Shown here: positions 1 through 13,623 of the stretch, piece by piece | Layout: every line of letters starts with the position of its first letter | How positions within the stretch are numbered: the first letter of the stretch is position 1 | Assembly: GCF_964355755.1 (NCBI RefSeq) | Contig: NC_092673.1 | Coordinates: forward strand, 34,283,648 to 34,347,647 | Reading direction: 5' to 3' | Length of the DNA stretch: 64,000 nucleotides | Origin: Antedon mediterranea | Taxonomy: Eukaryota > Animalia > Echinodermata | Notes under the pieces: model-generated | Told to the model about the DNA's origin: nothing | Databases searched by the model: none | What the model saw: only the letters and a program-made list of their open reading frames with translations | Translations under genes and position numbers: made by a program

Positions 1-140
1 TATTGTTATTTTTTTTAGGCAGGAAAATGCTTCCAAACCCCAAAAATTATTATTTATATGTTTTCTGTTACAGGCAAAGCATGCTTCTGCCTTTTAAGGA
101 AGCTTCAGAATTTGACTACAATAGCAATGTAGATTACCTT

Positions 141-2310
141 ATAGTTTCGTCGTGCTCTGCTGTACATAACAGCGACATGATGAAAGTAGCAGACATATTA
201 CAATGGAATGGCTTCACGTATATTAGAATGAAGCCAACAAAAGACAATCAAACAATAATGAAGTATGTCAAAAGACGCAAACACGTTATTGTAGTTCAAA
301 ATTTATTAGTGTTGGAAAGGTTCTCAATAGACTTTACATCTTTTCAATAATATTTGGGATGTAGTATTTAGACTGGAGATAAGAGTCCGATAAAGCAAGT
401 TTTTCGGTTTACCTTTTGTTAAAATGCTGTTTTTAATTGAATGTAGGAGACATAATGAAAATAATTTCTTTTAATGCACAAGATTGTAATAAAGGTTGTT
501 GCAAAATATTTAGCAAAGAGATTGCTGTGAATAATATTAAATATGATTAATTAATTACAATGGAATGGCTTCACGTGTAATGAAGCCAACAAAAGACTTT
601 ACATCTAAACATTTGGGATGCAGTATTTGAATTGGACAAAAATTCACACAAAAGAGATTGACTGTGAATAATATTAAATATGCATATTATGGAATGTAAA
701 ATATTTGTATTATATTAAAAGTTCTACTTAATATTGAGATGATAAAAAAAAGTAGCACTTTGGTTACAGTTCCTCCTGTTTGATCATTTAGCTGTAGGAA
801 ACATAATAATATGAAGAACTAATGATGTATTCCATGCACCAGAAGATAAAGGATATATACTGTATTATTTATTTATTCGGCATGACTAAAAGCTTTATAA
901 GTGAACACAGAAGTGTTGAGAAGGTTTACTTCATCAGAATTCAACAGACTTTACATCCAAAGGTTCCATTTCTTTCCACAGTTTCAGTCAGTGCTTGATC
1001 ATGGTGCAAAATGATTTAATAATTTGCTACCCAACCTAAGCAGATGCGATAAAGGAGTTGAAGAGGAAGCAAAGACTTTTAATAATTTGTTTAACTGTAA
1101 TGTTTGCACTGGTTATTATCCCATTTTGGTTAAGATTCTTCCTATTTGACCACAATGACATATTATAGAATGTAAAATATTTGTATTATATTAAAAGTTC
1201 TACTTAAGATAAAAAAAAAAGTAACTGTATTTTTATTCTCAACCTAAAAAGACAAATACCTTTTTATATGTATTTTTCACAGAATCGTTTAATCACTGGA
1301 AATGATTTATTTAATAAACTTACTGAAAGTTAAGTTTACCTTCTATTAGAGATTGCTGAAATATCTAATTTGAAGGATGCTACTGAGAGCTTCAAGAGAA
1401 GTATTACTGATGTTAGAAAATCACTCAATGGCTGTGCAGGATATCAATGGTTAAGATTCTGCCTATTTGACCATCTAACCTTAGGGGACATTACAAGACC
1501 AAACTGCAAAGCAAATGATTTATTTAATGCACTAGAAATTGGGTAAACCTTCTTTTAGAGACTACTAAACTATCTAAATTGAAGGGTGCATTCAAACATT
1601 GTACAGAACATAATATCTGTAAAGATAAAGGTTACATTGACAGTTCATCTTTTATTAGACATTGCTAAACTGACAAAATTAAAGACTGCTACAGATCTTT
1701 TAACAAAAATATGAGGATTACAACAGTAACACACTTTGAATTATCAACTGATCCAAATGCAGCAGAGGTACCAACACTGTTGCACAGAACAACACAGAAG
1801 AGAAGAATATCTACTGTATGCCTCCCAGAAAAAGCAACCTTGACAACTAATGTCTGTGGAGAAGCTCCTGTAGTAAAGAAATTATGAGATATTCTTCCCA
1901 GAAGAATATCTGCTTATTAACGGAAGAGATTGAGTCTGATAAAGAAAGTTGTCACTGATAAGAAGTGAACACAGAAGTCTTGGAAAGGTTCTCAATAGAC
2001 TTTACATCTAAACATTTGGGATGCAGTATTTGAATTGGACATTGAGCCTTTTCAATAATATTTGGGATGTAGTATTTAGACTGGAGATAGAGTCCGATAA
2101 AACAAGTTATTACTGTATATTATTATTTCTTGATGTGGCAGAAAAATTGCAAGCGTTTTTGGAAGAAAATACTGAAAGAAAGCACAATGAAATGTGACAA
2201 CGTTTCTGAGATATTGTTTGAAGTAGAGAGAGAAATCTCGACAAAAAAGACAGTTTCGTCGTGCTTTGCTGTACATAACAGCGACACGATGAAAGTAGCA
2301 GACATATTAC
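141..2310 (+). repeat. Mosaic block duplicated at ~18254-20087
   Basis: 141-1270 matches ~18952-20087 and 1646-2310 matches ~18254-19010. ORFs 2076-2276 and 18777-18977 translate identically. Confidence 0.9.
1446..1600 (+). pseudogene. Death effector domain-like coding fragment (representative of about 20)
   Basis: Translates WLRFCLFDHLTLGDITRPNCKANDLFNALEI../VNLLLETTKLSKLK, resembling the DED pattern LKFL..D......DLF..LE.....NL.LL.E. Confidence 0.6.
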
Positions 2311-2314
2311 ATAT

Positions 2315-5300
2315 TGTGATTGGTCAATTTGATCTATTTCATTGATTGGTCAATGCAAGAAACTTCAATGACAAAAACTTCAATTCAGAAAAAAAAACTC
2401 TCATTCTAGTCACACCTACTACAGTAGTACTACATTAATACACAGAGAATACTGGAGTAGACTCAAGGATATGGCAGATAAGATATTTCTGTTGTATTTT
2501 TTAATTGTTGTAAATTAATTATAACCTACTGTAGCTAAACTTTAATGAAGATTAGCTACTGTAGGTTAGTTTAACTAATAAGCAAACCATTAAATACTTT
2601 GAATAAAGTTTGGGTACTGTACCTAAATTTGGGCATGTTATAAGTGTTTAAAAATGAAAAACAATTTTATTTTATACTGTTTTTATTTTTTTACCACTAG
2701 CCTAAATCAACATTTCTTAGTGAAGAAGAGATTGAGATGGATAGCAGTAGTAGTGTTAGTGACGACAGCAGATCCGATTCAGAGTCCGATAGTGGTAGCG
2801 ATATGTTTGGCAGTAGCAGTAGCAGTGATGTAGACGACAATATTAATAAGCTACATTTTTTAACAATTTCATCAATAGAATTGTCAAAAATGTTGTAAAT
2901 GTATGTTAATAATCGCATTATTGACGCATTGATCCATTATTTTAACATTTTTTACTTTACACTTTATACTATTCCGTAAATGTCCTACAAAATACAATTA
3001 GGGGCGCAGCTTATTCAATCGATAATTTTATATTTCTAATAATTATTGGAGAGCGACGCTAATTAGGTCATTAACAGTATACATTGTCGATGTAATGAAT
3101 AATGGTTATACTAATAATTGATAGGGTTGGTTTGTTGGGACTTGATAGGGCTTGGGTGGTATTTAGTAAGACCTAGAACAGTGGAGAGAGTGAAACTCGA
3201 ATTGTGCAGATGTTAAATTATAAAATCATAACTTTATTGTCACTGTATTATTTCAACTCAAATGTTATTTATTTTCTAAATTCACCAGGAGCCCAAGAAG
3301 GGTAAAAAACGCACAAGACAATGCCCTTTGCCAAAGTGTAAAGCCAAGGTTCAGCAACTTGTACGGCATCTAATGAGCAGAAAGCATGGTTTATTACGAG
3401 AAGATGCAATGGAAATTGCAGATGAAGGCAGTCTCAAGTTGAAACGCGACAAGTCAGAACTCGACTCTTGTCCGTTTCCGGGATGCAGCATGAAAAGAGC
3501 AAGAGTTGGAAGGCATCTCACTCAATTTCACAAAATTGATAAAGGTATGTTGTATTAATTTTGATTAGTCTTTCAATCCTTTATTCAATAGATCATTATT
3601 AAGAAATATTGAGAACTAAGTAATAGAGGGTGCAATTTAATTCTTGTGCACACTTTAAAATTTACCATGTTCAGATCCCAAATCATTGAATTGCGTTGAG
3701 TTACCAAATCGTTGAAGTTGAGAATAATGATGTTGATTGAGCCGGACTGTTAATATTTACACATTTTAAGCGACCGTTCTTGGTTTTTTAGTTCTTTTGA
3801 GTGTTGCTAGGACACGCTTACGTGAAAATGGCTATAATCATTAAACTATAAATATTAAATGACAATAGTCATTATTTTAAACTGCATCATACATTAATGT
3901 TATTTGTTGTAGAATCTGTTAAAAATTCTTTCAATAAGTTTAGTTGTCCAGTGGCAATATTTCACTCCACGAACATCCTTAAACAGAATATACAAAATTT
4001 GGATTTTCTGATAATAATTCATTAGGATACTGGTGTATTGACCATTCTGTTTCCATTTTAATTTCTTCTTACTCTAGCCATTAACATTAATTACAATTAA
4101 TGTATGATTAGTGGCTAAGGTGCTCACCTTTCAATCCCAGGGTCCAGTTCAGAAAAGGTGGCTATTTGGCTTTCCTTGGCCATGTGCCTAAATAAATATT
4201 TAAAAAATAATGGAATAAAATATTGAGAAATCTAATAAAAACAATAATTACTAAAGATTTATTCTTATTGTACAACAAATTAAACATTTTGTATGATGTT
4301 TTTTTGTTCTTTCAGCTAAATCATTATCGGAAGAAGAAGCGCCTTCTACATATAAACGAGTCGCCCTATACGATAGCTTCAAGAGGTTTAAGAAATACCT
4401 AACCAACATGGTCGGAGGACTCCTAGAGGAGGAGAACGCTCAGCAACATATTGTTCGCCTCCACAGGCTTTCCTCACTTGTTGGTGGTTTGGACGGTATG
4501 GTAAATGCTGACAAAATGCGCGAGTGTTTTACAAATTTACATGTAAAGTCACTAGATGGAAAGAAACCGATATCGGTTTCAACTACACTAGTGTACATTG
4601 GTTCATATAGAAGGTTAGCCAAAGTTGCTACTTTTCAGGATTTTGCCACTGGCCTTTTGCTGCAGACCGAGAAATGGAACTCGGCTCTTGGTCGGCAGAA
4701 AAGGGTTCGGCACGCAGAGGTGGTTGCAACTGATATGCAGGAAAGGCTTCGTCATGACGAATTCCACCTGCTTACCAGTAGCAACAACCCTGCAAAAGTC
4801 CAGGCTTTAGAAATTCTGCGCAAGTCTGAGGAAGAAGAGTCGGAATTTGTACGAGTCAGAGATTATATAATGATGCTGCTCGTATTAAATTCCGGCCAAC
4901 GCAGCGGTTGTCTAAAGAATCTCACTTGCAAAAAGATTCTAAATGCCGAGAAAAGAGGAACCCAGTGGATGATCCTAGCAGCTAGACACAAGACTACGTC
5001 TACTGGACGATGATTATCGGTTGGCTGAGAAATTTATCCAATGGATTCGGCCGTGTGTTAATGACGAATGCGAGACGCGTTACGCCTTCACTAATTTTGT
5101 GGATGGCAAACAACTCTCAAGTTCTGTCATTAGCAAACGGCTGAAAACGGTTTGGATAAGTGCAGGCAACAGGAGTACGTTTAGCTGCACGAGGTTGCGT
5201 AAATTTTACACAACTTCGTTGAGGAGACGGGACCCTACTCTAAGGGAAACTTTGGCCTCCCACTTAACCCACAAAGCAAATACAGCTGATCGATTTTACG

Positions 5301-6820
5301 AACTACAGCAGAGCGTAGATAATAGCCTAAACGTAGCCCGTCATCTACGCTCACTAATATCACTATCGGATCGGATCTGCGGCTACTCTCACTCCATTCT
5401 GAATGTTATTTAAGTTCCTCTTCATTAAGAAATGCTGATTAAAACAGTTTTTAAAAAAACAGTTGTTTGTTTGTTTTTTTAATATAAAGTGTAAATTATA
5501 CAAAATAGGATAGTGTTAATTGCATTTGGTTAAGACGATTGTGCCGTAAAAAATGTTACATAATGGATCAATGCGTTTAATAATGCAATTATTAAAACAT
5601 AGATTTTCAACATTTTTTTTACGACAATTCTATTGATGAAAATGCAATTACTCTTTCTAATGTTAAAAAATGTACCTTATTGTTGTCGTTTGAATATGTA
5701 TCACTTGAATCAAAAGGGGGTGGTGGGGGGGGGGGGTATGGAGGGATGTTCAAACATATAAAAAAAAATTTCCTTCATACCTCCCCTTTAAACATTGGTT
5801 TTTGTATTTTTGTATAATGAATAAATTACTGAAAATGCTTCGGTATCTAACAGTATTTAATATCGACAATATAGATATAATGAGACTGGTAACGACGTGA
5901 CATGTTGTTGATGATTAATTTGATGATGATTTGATGATAATAATAATAATAGACTTGCATCATTTCAATGTTTGTTATTAAATATATATTTTTTTATATA
6001 TTTAAAACCAACCTTTATTTAACGCTACAGATGTTTGACCTGGAAAATTAAAAGGTTGTCACGGGAAAACAGCGATTATTTTATTCTAGTTGCTTTACTA
6101 CAAGTTGTTATAATTCATTTCAACCTCAACTGAGTCCAATGTCTTTTGAAAATGCTTCGGTATCCCTAACAGTATTTAATATCAACAGTATAGATATAAT
6201 GATCAGACTGGTAACGACGTGACATGTTTGTTGATGATTAATTTGATGATGATTTGAATGCAGATGGCACGATATATTTTAAAAGCACCGGCGTATACAC
6301 CCAAAGTGGCTTTAAATGAAAATTTAGGATGGATACCCTTAACCGTATCTCATAACATATTACAAACTAAAATTCTTTGAACGTATAGTCGGGTTGAATG
6401 AGAAACGATGGCCCAACCTGTATTGTACAAGACTAATGCTTAATTACAACACAAAAGAATTACGGTTTAAATTCCATAGTTGTGTACGAACCACTTTCTG
6501 TAGATTTGTTATTAAAAATTGCACTATGGAGAATTTGTTTAATTTACTGAAACAAAATATTTTAGATAACGTAATATTAATCAATGGTCTAGGACCTTGT
6601 ATCTAAATCGACGCTATCTTTTTATGCAAAGTTAAAATCAAAGCCGGATCTTGAACAATTTTAACTTGATAAAACAAATTTTAATGGTGCCCGTCTTAAA
6701 TTTCAAGCCCGTTCCAATTCTCTACCTTTAAATTTTAAATTAAGTAAATGGACCGTGGATAATGATGGTCTCTGTTCATTATGCAACTTTGGAGATATAG
6801 AGGACATATCTCATTTTTTA
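2315..6820 (+). repeat. Copy 1 of the recombinase locus duplication (matches ~24988-29935)
   Basis: Colinear identity from tgtgattggtcaatttgatc to gaggacatatctcattttt, including introns and the downstream LINE fragment. Confidence 0.92.
2471..5413 (+). pseudogene. Disrupted second copy of the zinc-finger tyrosine recombinase gene
   Basis: Near-identical to 25146-28252, but the exon-1 donor is deleted, the exon-2 donor GT is changed to CT (~2851), exon 4 is deleted (~3998), there are in-frame deletions (~4615, ~4835) and a frameshifting deletion (~5005) that splits ORFs 4408-5013 and 5021-5413. Confidence 0.88.
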
Positions 6821-9800
6821 ATTAGTTTTTTAGTAGTTTTTAAGAGAAAATAATTCAGACGAAATCACTCCGTATCACGGAGATCCGTCTTTTGTCAGTA
6901 GACACGAATCGATTAAACAAAGACGCTTGTTAGAAAACTGTGAAAAGTTATTGCAGTCTAACTGCTACTTTAACGAGTTGGGCAACTGTAAAACACCGTT
7001 TCATATTTTCCACCAGTGTAGAAAATGTAAGATATACACAAAACGTAATGTAGGTTCACATGTTAGAGCATGTAACGAAAATACGAAATTACATTACACG
7101 CAATTTAAAGCGTTTCAGTCTTTAAAAGCTGCTCAGAAAAGATCCATTGAGTGCGAATCCACATCAGGATTTTGGACCGATGAACAACAAAAAAAATAAA
7201 AAAATACAAAAAAAAAAAAAATATGTTTAATATTTATGTATGTATATCAATATAATAAAGTTCACACGATGATGAATATTGTTTACGAAAAAGTTATTTC
7301 ATTACCATCTACCGCTACCAACCACATTATTTAAAATAGCGCCCTCTATTATGATGACATCACTACATGGTACCTCAATTTTCGAAAAAATTTATTCTAT
7401 TACCAACAACCATTACCAACCATCCCATATCAACACCATCGTCTATTTTGAAATGAACTGCTCCCCCTTGCGGTGGTACATAAACGGTTCGATACTCACG
7501 ACTAGCCTATAATACGTTGTAGTAAAGTACGCCCTCTATGTGTATATCGCCCTCTATATATGAACATCGCGCTCTACGATATAAAGTGCGCCACCTACGG
7601 TCGATAGAGGGCGCTATTTTATTATGACTCAACAGAATTCCAAGTAATCCAATAAACCAGGTTGAGTAACTACTAACTGAATTAGCACATTTAATAAAAT
7701 GGCAGATAGTTGATGGAAGGTTCTTGGACATCAAATATCAATGGTTAAGATTCGGCCTATTTCACCATCTAACTCCTCATACATATAACCTTTTATTAGG
7801 AATTTCCAAGTACAAGACAACACTGTACATAATTTATTCAACGCACTAAAACTCACCATAGATCATTCCTATTCCTGTCCAATTTTGTATCTAAAGGTTC
7901 ACAATAAAATAACTGACATAGACATAATTAACAATAGTTGCCTTCCTGACCGTTTAGGGAAACCCCACCGTCGTGATGTCTTTATTTCGGTAAATCCGAG
8001 TGTAGCATGCCTCTAAACCAACGGACCCACAATTACGTCGATCTTGAACAACACTTTTGTTTTTTATAGCACTTCAGGTAAATATTTTAGAATATGACAA
8101 CTATAAGTAAAATAAACCTATTTCAAGAACTAATTTTTAAAGAAAGATGGACATAATTAGAAAAAATGCAGGCAGTGCTGCCAAAAATGCTCTTTTCAAT
8201 TTCACCAAAGCGTGATGAGCCACACTGCAGAAAGTATAGAAGAGTCTATATCGTTCTTGGAACCCATGGAACATGCAGACTTTGGTTATGACAATCCGTG
8301 CTAAAACATAAATAAAGCAGACAGACTATAGAACAATATATTTTACACAATTCTACTATTTGGCAACATTTTCCTTGTTTTGCAAACCACAGAGGGGACT
8401 TCTTTTCGAGTTGGGTACACATTTCGCGTATGGTACACATTTTGGTATGTACCACTACCAACAGGAAAGGTGGGTGGAACCTTTTTGCAGAACGTCAAAA
8501 GGCTGGGAAAATTTAAACAACTCATCATCCAACCAATCTATATTATCTTCCCTTTTCTTTTGAGTTTTCTTTTCGTCACATATTTCCGGTTTCTTTTTAT
8601 TCATTTCTTATCCGTTGTATTGTATACATAGGATAGAGCTTATCTTAACCAACTGCATGTAAATGGGGCAATATCAATGCAATGTAGATTACCTTATAGT
8701 TTCGTCGTGGCCTGCTGTACATAACAGCGACACGATGAAAGTAGCAGACATATTATAATGGAATGGCTTCACGTATATTAGAATGAAGCCAACAAAAGAC
8801 AATCAAACAATAATGAAGTATGTCAAAAGATGCAAACATGTTTTTGACGATTACGTTGAAGACACATTTATTATCTGCAACGAAAATTTAGAAATGGTGG
8901 CGACAACTGTCTATAAGACTGAAAGTGAATGCATGCCCCTGCTCTAACAATAAATTTAATGACACAGTGTCATAAAAACTTTAACTCATTGTTCAAAGTA
9001 TTAAGCAAATAAAATGTATTATTTAAAAAAGATGGTAAAGAGTTATCATTGTCCTGTCTTAGGATCAGATTAAATTAAGAATAAGCAACTGATTTTCATT
9101 GATGTTTCTTGAATGTTCTTATTATTCATTTTACTGTAGATGCATATTTACAACTAATAGCATTTCACCAGAATCTTGAAGACGAGGGACATCAGTTGGA
9201 TGCAAAACAAATTGTATGTTCACATTTCATTGCCGAAACCCTAAATTTCAGGCGAATCACCCACTTGCTGCAACCGGAGTTGCAGGTTAGGTTATTTTGT
9301 AGTTGAGTCTTCAAATCATATCCTAAATTTATTATCTGCAACAGAAATTCAAAAATAGAGAACTCATGAAAACGTGAAAGTTATTAAATTATATTGCGGA
9401 CTTCACATTTGTCACTTTTGTGTCCATAGGTTGGTCATGCCACAGGTGCCATGGGCTAGGTACCCAATCATGGTTGTTAAAGGCCGATTGGATTGTAATC
9501 ATTGTTTTTTCATTAAAGAAAATACAATGAGGACACCGCCGACAGCCCCTAATTCACCCACCCTCTAAAACCCTTCTAGTTGTTTAAATTTTAAATCAAT
9601 TAATACACGATTTTTAAAAGTGCAACAGCTGCCAACACTCATAAATCTAGTCAGGGATTGGGGTATTCTGCCTCAGCAGAATTTTTTTACAGTATTATTC
9701 CAACTCAAATGTTATTTATTTTTTAAATTCACCAGGAGCCCAAAAAGGGTAAAAAGCGTACAAGACAATGCCCTTTACCAAAGTGTAAAGCCAAGGTTCA

Positions 9801-10159
9801 GCAATACACCCACCCTCTAAAACTCTTCTAGTTGTTTAAATTTTAAATAAATTAATAAATTAAATATTAGGCGCAAACTTTATTGATGTGGCAGACAAAT
9901 TACAAGCGTTTTTAGAAGAACTTAACTAGACGGGGAAAACACTGAAAGAAAGCACAATGAAATGTGGCGATGTAGCTGAGATGATGTTTGAAGTAAAAAG
10001 CCAGACTCTGAACACGCATGGATGACACTCTTAAGGAGGCATTTTGCAAGACCTAATTCGGATGGACTGAAAGTGATATGTCGTGACACGATTTTTACAA
10101 GTGCAACAGCTGCCAACACTCATAAATCTAGACAGGAATTGGGGTAGTCTGCTTTTTTG

Positions 10160-10375
10160 ACAGTATTATTTCAACTCAAATGTTATTTATTTTCTAAATT
10201 CACCAGGAGCCCAAAAAGGGTAAAAAGCATGCCCTTTACGAAAGTGTAAAGCCAAGGTTCAGCAATTTGTATGGCATCTAATGGGCAGCAAGCATGGCTT
10301 ACTACAAGAAGATGCAATGCCAATTGTAGATGAAAGCAGTCTCAAGTTGAAACGTGACAAGTCAGAACTTGACAA
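10160..10375 (+). pseudogene. Diverged fragment of the recombinase zinc-finger exon with its upstream intron (second fragment at ~9690-9803)
   Basis: cagtattatttcaactcaaatgttatttattttctaaattcaccag|gagcccaaaaaggg matches 25905-26130 with substitutions and deletions. Confidence 0.85.
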
Positions 10376-10627
10376 AAAAAAACTAAGGATGATGGAAGAC
10401 TCTTCAAATGAAGACAAAAAACAAACAACTTTCTAGAAAAATAAGAAATTTAAATTGTCAACTGCAAAGGAGAGAAGGGGTAATTTCTTATTTAGAAGGT
10501 TTGACCAAGGATTTGGAAAGAAGAATAGCTGAAGGGGAAGAACGCCTACAGCGTATTGAACCAGATGAAGAAATTGTGTATATTGATTAAATGACTGATA
10601 ACTGTAAGTAATTGGTTACCTTATTTT

Positions 10628-10872
10628 AAAGGAAGCTTACACCTTTAATTCAGAAGACATCGACAACAACAATGTAGATTGTCTTATAGTTTCGTCGTAG
10701 CCTGCTGTACATAACAGCGACACGATGAAAGTAGCCGACATATTACAATGGAATGACTTCACGTATATTAGAATAAAACCAACAAAAGGCAATCAAACAA
10801 TAATGAAGTATGTCAAAAGATGCAAACGTGTTATTGTAGTTCAAAATTTATTCTTTGAAGATTACGTCGAAT
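10628..10872 (+). pseudogene. SEFIR/TIR-like coding fragment (copies near 95-305, 2251-2310, 8680-8860, 18952-19115)
   Basis: LIVSS..AVHNSDTMKVADILQWNGFTYI...YVKRCKRVIVV resembles the first strand/helix and later strand of SEFIR/TIR; pattern-level only. Confidence 0.35.
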
Positions 10873-11628
10873 GAATGCATTATTAAGCAGTGAACACAGA
10901 AGTGTTGGAAAGGTTCTCAATAGACTTTACATCTAAACATTTGGGATGCAGTATTTGAATTGGAGATTGAGCCTTTTCAATAATATTTGGGATGTAGTAT
11001 TTAGTCCGATAAAACAAGTTTTTCGGTTTACCTTTTGTTAAAATGCTGTCTGTTTTTAATAAAGGTTTAATAACACTTTGGTTACAATTCTTCCTCTTTG
11101 ATCATTTAGCTGTAGGAAACATATAATAGTTATATAATGATGAAGTATATACTGTATATTGTTATATTGTTAGTTATTTCTAAATTATAGAAAAACTGTA
11201 AAATAACATGCTCTTTTGGTTAAGCTTCTGCCTATATGATCACTTTTCTGTAGGGAACATATATTTTTCCAGAATGAGTGATAATAGAAGGATAGAGAAT
11301 CTTGAGAAGGAGGTATACAAGTTGAGAAAGAGGAGAAACTAGAAAAGTCAGAGGCAAAAAAAACCAATGATGGAAACCGATATAATGGCCATTCCATGAA
11401 TGAGCTGAAGTCATGCATATGGCCAGTAGATCCTTTGTTGAATACTGCCCAAAAAAATATTTACAAAATTGAAGAATCAAAAAACAAAAAATCAATGAAG
11501 AGTGGAGACAGGCCTCACCCTCCGCTTGATCACTAGTTTGGAAAATATAGTAATTGTACCCACAAGTTGTACCAAACAATTTTTAAAAAAAATCAACCGC
11601 TTCCGAGTACAACAATAATGGTTAACTT

Positions 11629-11985
11629 TTAAAAATAAAACGCGCGGATTTCGCATACAGCACAACTGCAATACAATAACAAAAACCTATATGCTTTATG
11701 GGACATATTGAACAACTCATCTCCTGCCAATTCACCGCTTTGTTGCTTTCGTCGTCTTTGACGATCTTGTTTGAACTCCGTTGGAATTTCACATTTTGAT
11801 GCAAATTTCTTTGCGTCGCTCATTAATGCCTTGTAATATTCGTCGCTTCTCTTAAATGCCAGTGCTTTTTCAGCATCGTCTATTAGTTGTAATGCTGTAT
11901 CTATTGCAATTCCTCGCTCTTGCAATGCGTCAGAAGCCACACGAATTGTCAAGGATGTCTTTGAGAACTGTAAAAATCCCACAAC
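11629..11985 (-). mobile_element. hAT-family transposase fragment (ZMYM1-like C-terminal region)
   Basis: SDALQERGIAIDTALQLI...KRSDEYY...AKKFA....FKQDRQRRRK is characteristic of hAT transposases just before the dimerisation domain. Confidence 0.7.
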
Positions 11986-13623
11986 CGAGGTAGTAGATCA
12001 CGATATATTAAGATTCAAGTTAGAAGAACCGCAATTTCTTGAAGCCGAACCGTCGCAACTACGAAAAGCGTGGATTGGAATGTTGTCCGAGGGTACGGAG
12101 ATTAAACTGAGAGAACAATTTGGACACGACGTGGACACTTATTTACGCCATATAAGACTGGTAGAAGATGAAATTATAGAAAAGGACAAACTGCACAGAT
12201 TCAGACCATTGGTTTACAAGACTGGTGAAAAGAAACTTTCACGGTGTACGTGTTCAAAACAAACGTTATGAACTTTTTATATGTATATTCATATTATGTT
12301 TATGGTCTTTTATAAATGACATTGTATACATGTGGGTTTTTTTTTTGTGTGTGTGCGTGTGTTGCCAATAAAACGAATGAAATTTAGCCGTCTCGTTCTC
12401 TGTTTTAATCATTACAGACAAGAATAGCATTGATAAACGCGCACTTTATAATGAACACAGATAGTATGTGTACTGTAAGAAAATACATCTCCGTAATTAT
12501 TTTATACACTTCTCATCGAATATAAAGAAAATGTATACGACCGATTCTAGTAAAAAAAATGCCTATAAAGCGCCGCGCTGTTATCATGGTCTACCTGCAT
12601 GCTTAACAATGAAGCGCGCTGTTATCATTGACTTGATGTTATATTTTCATTTAAAAAAAACATCCCTCAAGGAAAATGATAAGAAAAGATGATGGTCAAT
12701 GGTGAGTAAAACAAATATATGTATCAAATACGAGTCTCGAACCCTAGCCTAATGCTACAGCGTTACATTACGAGACTCAAGAACTACCCATTCAGCTGGC
12801 TTACAATCTACCGATATCATAACATTATTACTAATTTATCAAAAACTATAGAGGGCGCGATATCGGCGTAGATATAGAATCTAGGATTGGATTTACGACT
12901 AGGCGCCTAGAGGCAGCCAGTTCAAATTTTTAATATATCAAATATGGAAACGAATTACTATATCACACATATTTGGGATAACAATTAAAAATATTTCTTT
13001 ATAGCTTTGTGACCTGGTGTGTACACTGACACACGCCATGGCCATTTCCATTGTAATCGATAAAAGCAAAGCAGACAGTTTTTATAGTAACAATTATGCA
13101 GTGTTTTAATTTTGGAAATTAAATTCCGTTTATACAGGTGTCATAGTCGAATCATCATTCGATAACAAAATTAATAAGGAGAAGGAGAAGGAGAAAGGAG
13201 GAGCGAGAGAGAACTAAATAAAATTTAAAACATAGCATTTTTTATTCGCTTATATTAAACTATAAATAATAATAATACATATTAAACATAATAATTTCTT
13301 AAAAAGTAATTGACCCTGACTCTTTGGGACCGGTGTATACATTGACCGACGGTGACGCTTATTTCCATATTGCCGATGGTTTTATTGTAACACTGCAGTA
13401 ACTAACGATAGAATTACACCCGTTTGTGCCTGTCATTCGAAAACCCTACGCAAATTAAGCAGGGTATGAGGAGCAAGAGGAGGCACGATATATTCAATAC
13501 GAATTTAAAAGCGCGCACACACACACATTAGTAATCGATAACCATTCATCGGTTTTGTTGTTTGTTGACAAATCGCGTGTAGTTAACATTCATCGCAACG
13601 GAGATGGTATAAAAATAGACAGT

